From positions 189,720,001-189,784,000 of the forward strand of contig OZ024741.1 of the NCBI GenBank assembly GCA_964016885.1: a stretch of 64,000 nt of DNA. The letters run 5' to 3'. The translations under genes and the position numbers were made by a program. Shown in pieces: positions 31,401-46,329 of the stretch; within the stretch, counting starts at the first letter, position 1, and the number at the start of each line of letters is the position of its first letter. The notes beneath the pieces were generated by a model. It was not told the DNA's origin and searched no databases. It saw nothing but the letters and a program-made list of their open reading frames with translations. Source of the stretch: Eledone cirrhosa. Its lineage: Eukaryota.

Positions 31401-33765
31401 CTATATTACATTTACTACAGACACTATATTACATTTACTACTGACACTATATTACATTTACTACAGACACTATATTACATTTACTACAGACACTATATTA
31501 CATTTACTACAGACACTATATTACATTTACTACTGACAGTATATTAGATTTACTACTGACACTATATTACATTTACTACTGACACTAAATTACATTTACT
31601 ACTGACACTATATTACATTTACTACTGATACTATATTACATTTACTACTGACACTATATTACATTTACTACTGACACTATATTACATTTACTACTGACAC
31701 TATATTACATTTACTACTGATACTATATTACATTTACTACAGACACTATATTACATTTACTACTGACACTATATTACATTTACTACAGATACTATATTAC
31801 ATTTAGTACTGATACTATATTACATTTACTACAGATACTATATTACATTTACTACAGTCACTATATTACATTTACTACAGACACTATATTACATTTACTA
31901 CTGATACTATATTACATTGACTACTGACACTATATTACATTTACTACAGACACTATATTACATTTACTACTGACACTATATTACATTTACTACAGACACT
32001 ATATTACATTTACTACAGATACTATATTACATTTACTACAGACACTATATTACATTTACTACTGACACTATATTACATTGACTACTCATACTATATTACA
32101 TTTACTACAGACACTATATTACATTTACTACAGACACTATATTACATTTACTACTGACACTATATTACATTTACTACAGATACTATATTACATTTACTAC
32201 AGACACTATATTACATTTACTACAGACACTATATTACATTTACTACTGACACTATATTACATTTACTACAGACACTATATTACATTTACTACTGACACTA
32301 TATTACATTTACTACTGACACTATATTACATTTACTACAGACACTATATTACATTTACTACTGACACTATATTACATTTACTACTGACAGTATATTACAT
32401 TTACTACTGACACTATATTACATTTACTACTGACACTATATTAGATTTACTACAGACACTATATTAGATTTACTACAGACACTATATTACATTTACTACT
32501 GACACTATATTACATTTACTACTGACAGTATATTAGATTTACTACTGACACTATATTACATTTACTACTGACACTAAATTACATTTACTACTGACACTGT
32601 ATTACATTTACTACTGATACTATATTACATTTACTAGTGACACTATATTACATTTACTACAGACACTATATTACATTGACTACTGATACTATATTACATT
32701 TACTACTGATACTATATTACATTTACTACTGACACTATATTACATTTACTACTGATACTATATTACATTTACTACTGACACTATATTACATTTGCTACTG
32801 ACACTATATTACATTTACTACAGACACTATATTACATTTACTACTGAAACTTTATTACATTTACTACTGATACTATATTACATTTACTACTGACACTATA
32901 TTACATTTACTACTGACACTATATTACATTTACTACAGACACTATATTACATTTACTACAGACACTATATTACATTTACTACTGACACTATATTACATTT
33001 ACTACTGACACTATATTACATTTACTACTGACACTATATTACATTTACTACAGACACTATATTACATTTACTACAGACACTATATTACATTTACTACTGA
33101 CACTATATTACATTTACTACTGACACTGTATTACATTTACTACAGACACTATATTACATTTACTACTGACACTATATTACATTTACTACTGACACTGTAT
33201 TACATTTACTAATGACACTATATTACATTTACTACTGACACTGTATTACATTTACTACAGACACTATATTACATTTACTACTGACACTATATTCCATTTA
33301 CTACTGACACTATATTACATTTACTACTGACACTGTATTACATTTACTACTGACACTATATTACATTTACTACTGACACTATATTACATTTACTACAGAC
33401 ACTATATTACATTTACTACAGACACTATATTACATTTTTTACTGACACTATATTACATTTACTACAGACACTATACTACATTTACTACAGACACTATATT
33501 ACATTTACTACTGACACTATATTACATTTACTACTGACACTATATTACATTTACTACTGACACTATATTACATTTACTACTGACACTATATTACATTGAC
33601 TACTGACACTATATTACATTTACTACTGACACTATATTACATTTACTACTGACTCTATATTACATTTACTACAGACACTATATTACATTTACTATTGACA
33701 CTATATTACCTTTACTACAGACACTATATTACATTTACTACTGACACTATATTACATTTACTATG
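28489..33765. repeat. 23-bp satellite array, about 229 units (acactatattacatttactac[t/a]g)
   Basis: Direct reading; uninterrupted 5.3 kb. Confidence 0.97.
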
Positions 33766-35726
33766 GATACAATAACCAACTACAATAATATGATACCTCA
33801 CCACCATCAAGAATAGTAGGAACTAAATGAGATCATGTTTCCTGTTAGAAATATGAGCTAAATTTCCCTCAAATTACACCAATATCATCTTTAAAAACAA
33901 GAAGTATTTTGGATAACCTTTTACTTGATACATTGTGTTTGAAATATTTTTGATCATATGTTTCTCTCTTGGGGGCAGCCGGGTGCTAAACAACAACAAC
34001 AACCACATACAAATACTCAATTTCAGATTTTGTATCAAGGTGGAGAATTAAGTTATCAGTAGAAAGATTCCCCATAATTTAGTGAAAGTTTGCACCATTC
34101 ATAACTTTAACTTCAAACCAAATAATACTGCTAACCATCAGCAGTCTCTCAAATATTCAAATATAACCATGGAAACAGACAGATATAAAAATGTTCAATC
34201 TATTTGAAAATATATTATTTCATTTTCTAATTTAGTTCATTTTCAATAATTCACATAGTTTGCTATGTTTCATTGCTGTCTTTGATTTGTTTTTATTCTT
34301 TTCTATTATTTTTCAATATTAAAGCTAAACACTATTTATGTGATTTTAAATTTAAAAAAAAAAGAAGCTATTTACATGAATCTGTGGTGCTAATGAGAAT
34401 GTCCCTGCTGGATTGAGTTTTAGGATATTAAAAATATATTTAATGAAAAATGGAACAGACATGGTTATGTGGTTATGAAGTGGTGGTTCCACTCAAGTTA
34501 CATAACCACTCCCTTGTGGAGACCTGCTGTTATTGTAATGCCATTTGTTTACAAAATGTATGACTTTATGAGACTGATGCAGCCTATGTCAAGCATGAGC
34601 TCCTCTATCATCAACAAGCCAATGATGGAGCCTCTAGACATTCGCTCTACATGCTAGAAATAACAGCCAAATCTTCATAATTTAATGTCCATCTCGCCTA
34701 CCAGCAAAGGTTGGACTACAGGTGGTAAATTGGCACAGCTGTTAAAGCAGCAGATTAGATGCCTCATTATTTGTTGAATCTGAGTTCAATTCCCACCGAG
34801 GTTAACTTTGCCTTTCATCCTTACGGGGTCAATAAAATAAAGTACCAGTCATGTACTGAGATAATTGCTGGCCTTGTGCCAAAAAGTAGAAACAATTATT
34901 TGTTCTAGGGCAGTGGTTTGGCAATATTGGTAGAACGTCAGATACCATGCTTTGCAGCATAGTTATGGCCCTTTACATTCTAAATTCAAAACCCACCAAG
35001 GTTAACTTTGCCTTTCATCCTTACGGGGTCGATAAAATAAAGTGCCAGTAATGCACTGGGGTAATTGTTGGCCTTCTGCCAAAAGTAGAAGCATTATTTG
35101 TTCTAGCTCTCTGTATTCCGAGTTCAAATCCCATGGAAGTCAACATTCCTTACATCCTTTCAGAGTCAATAAATAAAGTACCAGTCAAGGGGCAGTGAAT
35201 TAACAGAGTTGTTCAAGAATCAGACAGATGCTTTGTGGTATCTAGTCCAATCCAATTCTGGTATCTAGTCCAATCTAGTCCAATCCAATTCTGGTATCTA
35301 GTCCAATCTAGTTTAATCCAATTGTGGTATCTAGTCCAATCCAATACTGGGTTCAAATACCATCTTTATACTGCCAGGAGTTGTGACCAATAGGTAATAT
35401 CAGCAAAGGAAAGACCAATGTAAACATAGTTTGCTTGGTCCAATCTGATAATTGGCTCCTCCTCTTCTTTCTTTATTTATATTTTACTTGACTGGTTAAA
35501 ATAGACTTACATTAGTATTTTTTATTCATTTCAAAGAAATGCTTTAGTTTGTTCATTTTAAGACTTATCAGAACTGATTATTTTGTGAAGCAAATCTAAT
35601 GATTCCCTTCTGTGAAAATATAAATTTTACAAGTGAACTCATACACTTACAAAATACTAAGCAATGCTCCGACATATCTGCATGTAGCTATCTCTTACTC
35701 TCTTCCCATATATATATACATATATA

Positions 35727-35794
35727 CAGGGTGTCCCCAAAAAATGTATACACACTTCAACAGCATTCTAATAAATATTTTTGGGGACACCCTG
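35727..35794. mobile_element. 68-bp Tc1/mariner-type mini-MITE (100-bp relative at 56574-56673)
   Basis: ta-cagggtgtccccaaaaa...tttttggggacaccctg-ta. Confidence 0.8.
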
Positions 35795-36059
35795 TATCTA
35801 TATATATCAGGGTGGTGGATTAGCAGTATCGGTAGAGAGTCGGACGCCATGCTTGCAGCATAGAGTTACTGCCCTTGCCATTCTGAGTTCAAATCCCGCT
35901 TTCAACTTCCTGTATCTACCCTAATACATACTATCTATTAAAGATATCTGTAAATAATTATTTCTACTTTTGGCACAAAATTATTTTGCAGTATTTGGTT
36001 TCAAGCTTTACTGTCAACTTTGCCTTTAATACTTCTGTATAAATCTATCCACAACTTCC

Positions 36060-36520
36060 ATCCTATGCAATACATCAGAGAGTGGGTTGGGAATAGATCT
36101 GGCTTTTGTGGGGCATTGGTCAAACTAAATTGCTTCAAAGCTGTTGACGAGGTTCACTATTTGTACCTGGAGGCTGTCATGAAAGTAGCTGGTTTTGATT
36201 CCCATTACAATAAACAGTGGTTTGTTTCATAGTCAAACTAAATGGCCACCTCTCAGAAACATTCTACATTACATGCCGGGTCTGTCAAGGATGCTCCCTT
36301 CCTTTTTTCCTCTATGGGTTGACAGTGGATCCATTGCTGCAGATGAAAATTATAAGGAGCACACCACTCAAACTGAGTTGTATTAATTGGATGATATCAC
36401 TGTAAAACCAGCACATTATGGAAGCATGCATCAACCAAGAAAAATCAGTCGTCTTGTAACTTGCTTTATGGAAAAACATTCATATTGCCCCTACTGGCTT
36501 ACGGAGTCCCTAAAATGCCC
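36060..36520 (+). pseudogene. Decayed L1/Tx1-like reverse transcriptase fragment
   Basis: LVKLNCFKAVDEVHYLYLEAVMKVAGF and VKLNGHLSETF...VCQGCSL resemble the RT motifs D..KAFDRV and RQGCPLSP. Confidence 0.6.
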
Positions 36521-37772
36521 AGGTTTTATAGAGTTAATGGAGGGTATCAGTGATAGTAGCCTTGTAATAACTCAGGGGCATCAAAGATTCTGAACAATTT
36601 CTAAAAGAACTTGACACGACAGTACTACATGTACATATTTTTGCACACACACATATATGTGTGTGTGAGTGCATGAGTATGTATATATGTGCATGTATGT
36701 ATGTATATATGTGTGTATACATCATCATCATCATTTAATGTCCTTTTTCCATGCTAGCATGGTTAGACGGATATATATATATAAAGAAAATTCAACAAAG
36801 TAAAGTGACACAGTAGAACATTATAATGCAATGACAGTATATATTAATTTAACACTTGAAAGAGTTTTAACGTTTTGGACAATAGTCTTTCATCAGAAGA
36901 TAGAATGAGAGAATGAAGAAAAGGAATAAGATGATAGATGAGAGTAACAAAAGAAAACAGGAAAAATAGACGAAAAGAAAGCATACCATTGTAGTTAGTC
37001 AGCCATTTAGTGAGTATCTCAAAGCAAAGCTTGTGTGTTGAAAAGTTACCAGAGAGAGGAGATAAGCATCAAGAAGGTAGGAATATGTATGTGTGTGTGT
37101 GTGTGTGTATGTGTGTGCAAAGCAAGCTGTGAGGGTATGAATGTCATTGTGCATGTCAGGCGGTGACAGTATTTGGAGGGATATTGTCTATGTGCAAAAG
37201 TGTCTGCACAGATGTTGACCTGTTAGGTGTGTGAGGGTGTAAGCATACAAGTGTGTAAGGGCTTAGATGCACATGCACACATGTCAGCTCAGTCAACATT
37301 ATATATGTATATATGCATACATGTCTATGCATATATATATATATGTACATATCATGTGAGTTTCTGCATGTGAATGCTTCATCAGACTACTGATGTGAAA
37401 ACACATGAATAACAGCTTATAGATTTATTCAAATTCACTACACTCTACTACAGTACACACACACACACACACACTATATATATATATATATATATATAAA
37501 ATATTAAAAAAATAATGAATAAAACAATGAAACAGTTCCTTATATTAAACAAAAAAAGTTCATTATTTAACGATCGTTTCTAGGACATATATGTGTTAGA
37601 ATAATATTTAATATTTTATATTTAATATTTTAATATTTTATCTTGACTCTGTATTCCGTTTATCTTTCACCGAAAGTGATTTTTGAATGCATCTCTTCTT
37701 TCCATGATATCCGGATTACATTGAGTTCTTCATACGGATTGGACACTACCGTAAACTTTTGGTAGATTTATC

Positions 37773-37842
<70 letters not shown>

Positions 37843-38007
37843 GGAAAATAGTCAGGGCCCCCGACGGCTAAACAAGTTCGGATCTAGCTGTCGAAAGGGC
37901 CAGAGCTCAGCTGTCAGGTTCTTGACTCTTTTCCTAATATCCACTCTACTACCCTAAATTATGGTTCACCTGGTTTCTTACCACACTTTCTTTGTTTTTT
38001 ATATATA

Positions 38008-38215
38008 TCATCATCATCATCATCATCATCATTTTACGTCCGCTTTTCCCTGCTTGCAAGGGTGGGACGGGTCTTATTCAGCACAGCATCTTCTCTCCAC
38101 TCGTCACGGTCCCTCGTCATCTCCACCGTAAACTTCAATGATCTGAGGTCTGTTCTCACCACCTCCGCCCATGTTTTTCGTGGTCAACCTCTATATATTT
38201 TTTGTGGTCTACCTC
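38008..38215 (-). mobile_element. RTE LINE 3' fragment (same family at 39128-39320 - and 41740-41822 -)
   Basis: Matches 55990-56172. Confidence 0.85.
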
Positions 38216-38422
38216 TATATATATATAAATTTTAGTACAGCATTGACGAAGCTTTAGTATACGGCCAAGCTAGCGTATATGCATAATCGGTCTGTAGCTT
38301 TAGCACTCAGATGAGGTAAGACCCCCAGAGTAATAACATTACGTTCAGACAGCTTAGCAAATCAGATATAACAGTCGACAGTCCAGCCGCATTACCAGAG
38401 CAACGAAAATACAGGACCCAGG

Positions 38423-38509
<87 letters not shown>

Positions 38510-38796
38510 GTATATATGTGTGTGTTTGCGCGCATATGTATGTATATATATAGGCATATATATATCATCATCATCTTAATATATATATAATATATATATG
38601 AATATAATAAAACTACACTTGTTTTTAGCTCATCTTTCATGTTCATGTTTTTCCTTGCACCTATACACACATACAACTTATACACGTGTGCTCAAATGGT
38701 GCCACTGAGGAATTAGGAATTGAATTACATTTTTAAATTTCCAGGCACAATCTATATCAAAGTTCACTGAATGATTAGATGTGTGAGAGAGAGGGA

Positions 38797-38840
<44 letters not shown>

Positions 38841-39091
38841 CTGTATGTGTGTCTGCATGCACATGTGATTGCATTTCATATATATGCATACACACATAGA
38901 TATATGCATGTTGAAATCACTGATACGTTTGCTGTAATTTCCTGTGATGCCGATGATGAAGAATTTCATTGCAAAATTGGAAAGAAAAGAAAAGAAAAGA
39001 AAAGAAAAGAAAAATGCAAATTAGAATTCCAAATTAAAAATTCTTATTAGCTTAAAGAAAATTGTATGTATGCATATATATATATGTATGC

Positions 39092-39126
<35 letters not shown>

Positions 39127-39334
39127 CATCATCATCGTCATCATTTTACGTCCGCTTTTCCCTGCTTGCAAGGGTGGGACGGGTCTTATTCAGCACAGCA
39201 TCTCTCCACTCGTCACGGTCCTTCGTCATCTCCACCGTGAGCTTCAACGATCTGAGGTCTGTTCTCACCACCTCCGCCCATGTTTTTCGTGGTCTACTTC
39301 TACCACATCTTCCTTCAACATATATATATAAATA

Positions 39335-40511
39335 TCGGTGTGTAGGAAAGGCGTAGGTAGAAACTCCATTTTATGTCCTAAATGCAAAGTATGGGTGCAT
39401 AAAAGATGTAGTGGGATCACAGGTAAGCTAACTAAGAACATAGATTTTACATGTGGCCGGTGCTCTGGTGCAATAAGTAGCAGCAAGTGCCCACAAAATA
39501 CTAGCTCTTTCAATTGCGCAGAGGGTTCTATAGAAATAGTGGACAGCTTCCGTTACCTGGGCGATAAAATCAGCAGTGGGGGAGGGTGCTCTGAAAGTAC
39601 TGTAGCTAGAGTCAGAACTGGTTGGAAAAAGTTCAGAGAGCTTATACCACTATTAGCTGCTAAAGGGTTCTCCCTAAAAATGAAAGGCAGGTTGTACGAT
39701 GCCTGCATACGAACAGCAATGCTGCATGGCAGTGAGACCTGGGCATTGTGTGCAGAGGATATACGCAGACTAGAGAGGAACGAAGCTTGCATGCTCCGCT
39801 GGATGTGTAACAGTAATATACGTGAACGGCAAAGCATAAACGAACTAAGGAAAAAATTAGAGATAAGAGGGATCAGATGTTGTTTACTCGAGAGAAGGCT
39901 ACGTTGGTATGGACACGTGATGCGCATGAAAGTCGATAGCTGTATAACAAAGTGCAGGGCAATAAAGATAGACGGTAGTCACGGAATAGGCAGACCTAGA
40001 AAAACCTGGGACGAGCTGATAAACTCCGACATCACACACTTACACCTCTCCAAGACAATGTCACTGGACCGAGACCTTTGTCGGTACTCAGTAACAGAGA
40101 AGACCCGCCTTACCTAAATATATAGTAAAACCTACTCCAGCCAGTAGGCATCTCTAACAAAATACACCCCGTCCCACCACCACCACCCCCACCCCATCCA
40201 CACCACCCCGTTCTATGTAAAGTTATGTTGGTGCCGCGCCATCGAGGCCGAAACAAATGAGATCGTGTAGGTGTCACGACAAAAAAACACACAGTCCACG
40301 CTGTAATGTGGCCGTGTAGGCAACACGGTAAAAACCTCCCAGACCCACACTGTAAATGTTGTTGGTGTTAGGAAGGGCATCCAACTGTAGAAAACCTGCC
40401 AGACAGTCCTATGCGAGCAAGACAATCACTCTTGCCTCAAGTGGGACTACCCCCGTCCAAACCCATGCAAGCGTGGAACACGGACGTTAAACGTTGATGA
40501 TGATGATGATG
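39335..40511 (+). mobile_element. 5'-truncated RTE-clade LINE: open 259-codon C-terminal ORF (39338-40117) with a PHD-like Cys/His finger, plus ~390-bp 3' UTR
   Basis: CRKGVGRNSILCPKCKVWVHKRCSG...[35 protein letters not shown]; (ATG)n tail. Confidence 0.92.
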
Positions 40512-40587
40512 ATATATATATATATACATATATATATATACAAATATATATATATATACAGATATATATATACATATATATATATAT

Positions 40588-40628
<41 letters not shown>

Positions 40629-40629
<1 letters not shown>

Positions 40630-41368
40630 TAGCTAAACTACCCGTCCTTGGGACGGTTCAAGTAGCTTTAGATGTAGCTCATTAAACTAAACAAAGTAAA
40701 TTTGAATACATAGAAGAAAAACGTACTTTATGTAAACATGAAAACCTTAGGCACTATTCCAGCGAAATAATTAATATGTGAGCTCGGTGTCATCCGTTAT
40801 ACCATGTAACATCCAGTCTAGGTATAAATTTTTTTAACAACAGTAAAATCGCATCATGAAATAGAGAAGTGAAGTGAATACTAGACACTATTATGTACAA
40901 AGCATAATATTGTAAAAGTTATGACATCACTTAATGTATGAACATCAAGCTTGAAATGATAAATTATACAATGTCAAATCTATAACTTAACTTAGTAATC
41001 TGTTAGAAATTGCTGGTTGTGAAATATACAAAATGATATCGTTAGTCTCAAGGAAGCGTACCTTTTGTTTCAAGTACAAAGAGAAAATTAAAATCCGAAT
41101 GAGCCAAATTACGAAAGATAAATCTTGTCTTACTTAAAGATAACTCTTGTCTTACTTAATCACGAAAATTCACACAAATAACCGAAATTTGTTAATGTCT
41201 CCAAAGGCCCCAATATCGATTTTTGAAAGCCTTTGAAAGGTTTTGTGCAAGGAGGAGCTTTGTAAAAAAATTTCAAAGAAATCGCATAAATGGTTTAGAA
41301 TATATGAGCCCTCATTAAAAATTGTTCACACACACATACAGAAAACTTTGTCTTTATATATATACAGA
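40629..41368 (-). mobile_element. Non-autonomous Helitron
   Basis: Minus strand starts A|TCtgtatatatataaag and ends ccgtcc-caa-ggacgg hairpin ... CTAG|T; no TSD. Confidence 0.78.
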
Positions 41369-41376
41369 TACACACA

Positions 41377-41409
<33 letters not shown>

Positions 41410-41466
41410 GTTAGCGTGGAAGAACGGACGTAAAACGGTGATGATGATGATATATATATATATATG

Positions 41467-41657
41467 TAACAAAGGAATTGTGGTAAGGAACCAGATGCAC
41501 CTTAATGCACCAGAGTACTCAATACTTAGGGTAGTAGAATGGGTAATAGGAAAAGGTATGACCCCGATGGCAGAGCTCAAGCCGTTTCGACGGCTATTTC
41601 TGTCCAGAAATAGCCGTCAAAACGGCTTGAGCTCTGCCGTCTGGGTTATACCCTTTC
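41467..41657. repeat. Palindromic TA-embedded element (hairpin 41550-41657 plus one-sided tail); relatives at 56248-56451 and 37840-37995
   Basis: Arms gtatgaccccga(c/t)ggcagag(c/t)tcaagccgtttcgacggctatttct; shared tail cccactctactaccctaag...tggttccttacca. Confidence 0.8.
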
Positions 41658-41839
41658 TTATATCTTGCAAGCAGGGAAAAGCGGACGTAAAATGATGATG
41701 ATGATGATGATGATGATATATATACACATATATATATATATCATCATCATCATCATCATTTTACGTCCGCTTTTCCCTGCTTGCAAGGGTGGGACGGGTC
41801 TTATTCAGCACAGCATCTCTCCAATATATATACACACAC

Positions 41840-41873
<34 letters not shown>

Positions 41874-42219
41874 GTGTGTATGTATGTATGTATATATGCA
41901 AAATCATGATGTTATAGATTCAGTCCTACTGCTTGGCACCTAGGTCATTTTTGGTAGTTAGAAACTGTGTGAAAGTTTGTCAGAAGGATTGTACCTGTAT
42001 TTCAAAAGCCTAACCTTTTACCCTACTGATTCTGACTAAGGATTGTATTATGGGTACACACATATCTGTGGAATACTCAGCCACTTACACTTTAATATAA
42101 AATGGATTCTACCCCTAATTCAAGGATCCTGTCTTGTTATACATTGAGCCATGCTGATTCTGGCTGAAAATTATATTATAGATATATATATCTGTGGAAT
42201 ACTCAACCACTTACACTAT

Positions 42220-42420
42220 ATTGCAGTTGAGCCCCTAGCAGTGGAGACTTTTGGTGTCCTCGGCCCTAGGACTACCTCTCTACTTTCCACCGTAGGCGCT
42301 GAGCTGGCTAGCCGCAGGTGTGAACCTCATGAGCTGGAATGTCTCTTCCAACGCATCTCCCTTACCATCCTCCAAGGAAACACCTTCTCTATTCTGTCTG
42401 CCAGGGCCATGGGACAGCCA
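42220..42420 (+). pseudogene. CRE-like non-LTR retrotransposon REL C-terminal fragment
   Basis: EPLAVETFGVLGP...LFQRISLTILQGNTFSIL matches the P.A.ET.G.WG...QR.S...QRGN motif. Confidence 0.7.
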
Positions 42421-43984
42421 GTGTGTGGGAGTTCAGCTCCTCTGTGTACATGTGTGTTTATTTTTTCACTATCGAAAATACTTCTAAACTGGCTGGCTTG
42501 CCGTTGTATTAGAAGACAGAGTTTTCCCTTTTAAATTATATAAGGTGAATCTAGCCTTGTCACACACTGTGCCATACTGATTCTAACTAAGAATTATATT
42601 GAAGGTTTAGTAGGTAGAAACTGTGTAGAAGCCTGTCAGAAGGATTGTACATATATTTCAAAAGTTTCACCTTTTACTACACTGATTCTGTGGAATATTC
42701 AGCTACTTACAGTATAATTCACTAGGTAGGGAGTTTAGTTGCTCAGAAGAGCTGAAATTTCCACTGAGGAAACTAATGGAAGGTCCATTTATTTATTTAC
42801 TTTTTATAATATTAACTTATGATTTTATGGCTAGAATGAAGGTGGGGAGTATGAGCTTTTGTTTGATTTTTTTTTCTATTTTATTTGTAATATTTTTAAA
42901 AGTAGATTATGCATCTGGGTTGAATTAAAGGTTTGTTATCTTTAATGCACATGCATAGATTTATGTACACACATGCACACACTTTCACATTCACATACTC
43001 TTACATACACAAATTCTTATACATATACACATTCATACACACACATACGTTCATTCACACAGTCAAATATATACGCATTCACATATTTGTGTATACATGC
43101 ATTCACATATATACTCTGTCACACATTCACATGCTCATACATGCACACTTTCATTCATACATTCACACACACACACACACACATTAACATATACTAACAA
43201 AGAGACAGACAGGTATACATACATCAATATACATACTTACATACACACAGATAGACAGATAGGCAGACAAACAGGCAGACAAACAGGCAGACAAACAGAT
43301 AGCAGAATACTTACAAAATTATGTGGTTTTCATATTTTGATGTGTTATATTGAAACAATTTTTTCTTTTCTCTGTCTTTTCTTGTTTATGTCAAGAAACT
43401 AAATTGTGAAAAAAACTTTTTATTTATTTGTATTTCTCTCTGTAAAACATTAAAGAAAATTAATAATTTCTATGATTAGAATTTTGGAATTTCTGTTTAG
43501 ACTGTAAGAATTTGTGCAAAAAAAAATCATTTTTCAAATGCATTTTGATATAGAAATGAAAGGGAAAATGTGCTCCATGTATATCATCATCATCATCATC
43601 ATACGTCCGCTTTTCCCTGCTTGCAAGGGTGGGACGGGAACTGATTCTGGCTTGATTTCTACAGCTGGATGCCCTTCCTAACACCAACCTCATTTACAGT
43701 AAGTGCTGGGTGCTTTTTTGCCGTAGCACCTCCACGACCATTTTGCAGTGGAATGATATGAACCCCAGTCCCTATCATCTCATTTCTACAGCTGAGTAAA
43801 CTGGAGCAATGTGAAATAAAGTGTCTTGCTCAAGGAAACAACACATCACCAAGTCTGAGAATTGAACTCGCAACCTTTCGATTGCAAGGCCAATGCTCTA
43901 GCCACTAAGCTATAGTTGAGATTATTTATTTGAAGGTAAAGTTTTGCTATGTACTCTATATATGTATTTGAGTTTATTTATTTA

Positions 43985-44375
43985 TTCAAAACTAAAGCCC
44001 CACTCTAATTCAAAGCTAAGATTTCACTCCACTGCTATTCCGATTTAAAGCTTAGCTCAACTCCAATGTTACTCTAATTTAAAACTAAAACTTCACTCCA
44101 CTGCTACTCTGACTTAAAACTATGACTCTACTCCAATGTTACTCTAATTCAATGCTAAGATTTCACTCCACTGCTATTCCGATTTAAAGCTTAGCTCAAC
44201 TCCAATGTTACTCTAATTTAAAACTAAAACTTCACTCCACTGCTACTCTGACTTAAAACTATGACTCTACTCCAATGTTACTCTAATTCAATGCTAAGAT
44301 TTCACTCCAATGCTTCTCTAATTCAAAATTAAAGTTTCATTCCATTGCTACTTTAATTCAAAGCTGAGATTTCAG
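43985..44375. repeat. Tandem repeat of ~35-bp subunits organised as a 139-bp higher-order unit (about 2.7 copies)
   Basis: gctaagatttcactcca at 44015, 44154 and 44293. Confidence 0.85.
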
Positions 44376-46329
44376 TCATATCCTCTTCACCCTCTCTCTC
44401 ATAGGCCCTGTCAAAGAGACTTTGGTTTTATTTATTTGCCATTGGTCAATTGGTTAATTGTGGCAACAAATGCTATTCATTGTATCTCTTGCTGGAGGCT
44501 AGTCAGCATAGAGGATTCTATGCCATTGGTGGCTGGAGTATTTTATCAGTTGTTGGTGGGTGTGAAAACTGGTTGAAAAGGAGTCGAGGGCATTGCTGCA
44601 ATAGTTCTAACAATATGATATTAGCACATGTAGGTATCTCTACATATCAGTGTTATACTGTTTGTTATTAGAAGATCTTTAACCTTCAGCATGATAGAAT
44701 TGTTTATGAATTGCTTCCCTTGACACTGCATTTTGTATTAAGGGGAGATAACTCTATCAGCGACTTAATGCACCTGGAGCCTCCAGAAGGTTAAATGATG
44801 CTTATTTTCATGTTTACATTTTGACACAACCTCTTGCTTTTTGTTGAGTAGTTTAAAAGGTGGTATAAGAAAATCATATTTTCAGTTTGTCAGATCAAGC
44901 ATCTTTTTGAGCCAGTTCAGGATATTTTTGTGTCACTGATTAATTTTGCCTTCAACCTCCATATTATGATGTTGTTATTTAACTTCAAATCAGTCCTAAC
45001 CATGCAGACTTGTGATCAATGACACTGAAGCCATGGCCAACATGATTTGATTCTTTTTTTTTTTCAGGAAGTTTTTTAAAACAGCCTTAGAAGTTGTTGA
45101 AATTGGTTTGGAAGTTTTCAGCTGCATTGCTTCTTACCTTATTAGATTTTAACATATTACAGCAACTTTCTGCCATTGGTCAGATGCTAAAATACTGCCT
45201 GCAATCCTCTGGCATTTGATAGGTTTATTTTTGTAGGAATCCTGAAACCTTAGTATCACAACCACCACCATCACAGCTACCACCATAACAACCATCATCA
45301 TCACTATCATAACTTCTGCCATAAAGCAGGCTTAAGGGTTTTTCATTTCAGATTTACATTATTTCATTATAACATTATTTCATAATAATTTTGTTGGTGG
45401 AAGGGTTAGTTGTATGTTTTTATTTTCCTTTCTTATTTTTTATCTTTATTATTTTTTTTACCATAATTTGAATTCTTTTCGTTTGTATTTAACCATTGCC
45501 TGTTGTTTTCAATTCTGTTTTCCCTAGAATGAGATCATTCTGAAATTGAATTCTTCCTTCTGATGCTACATTCGATCACCCTCTCCTTCTCTCTCCCTCT
45601 CTCCATCTCATATCTGTTTACATGTCTGTAGAATTCTTTCTGGTCTATTTACAACCCTTCCCTCTGCATTTTTTGTGAAGGTGTGTGGATCAATGGTTGG
45701 AATGTTAGTCATTGATCTTATTCCAGCAGCAGGAGGTACATTGTCTCTCTCAGCAAGATATTTCACTTGATGTTGTTTAACTCCACTCAGTTTAATACTT
45801 TCTTTATCAATCCAATCAAAATGGATTTTTTTCATCATTATCATAATCACTTTTTTATGTCACTTTTGCATGCTTAACAAAACCACCCATTTAAAAATCT
45901 TCTAACATAATTTTATGAGAACCATATGTTGAATTAATATTTTAGTAAAGAAATAATTAGTAATTTTAGTAAATCCCTTGAAATACTTAATTAACTAAAT
46001 GAAATAGAGTGTATAACATTAGAAATCCAGTTACAGATGAGTTAAAAATATCATTACTGATTACCAACAGCAAGTAACTAGTGGTTAACCTTGTGATAGA
46101 CTGACACCCCGTCAGATTGTATGCTCAGTCAATTAACATCACACAAACCTTGGATAAGCTCCAACCCATGGTGCCTCAACTAAAACTCCTGTTTATTGCT
46201 TTCTCTGTCAGAACTTCTTCACTCTCTCCTCATATTTCCTACCAACATTTTAATATCCAATATCCAATATTGCCAACCATCTTGCTCGGGTCTACCCCTG
46301 AGCCTCCTGCCAGTTTGTTTTGCTCTTAA

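Noticed and set aside
28489-33765. Possible CRISPR-like or coding array (ORF 32078-32410)
   Set aside because: Head-to-tail 23-bp units with no spacers; the period is not a multiple of three, so the ORF is accidental
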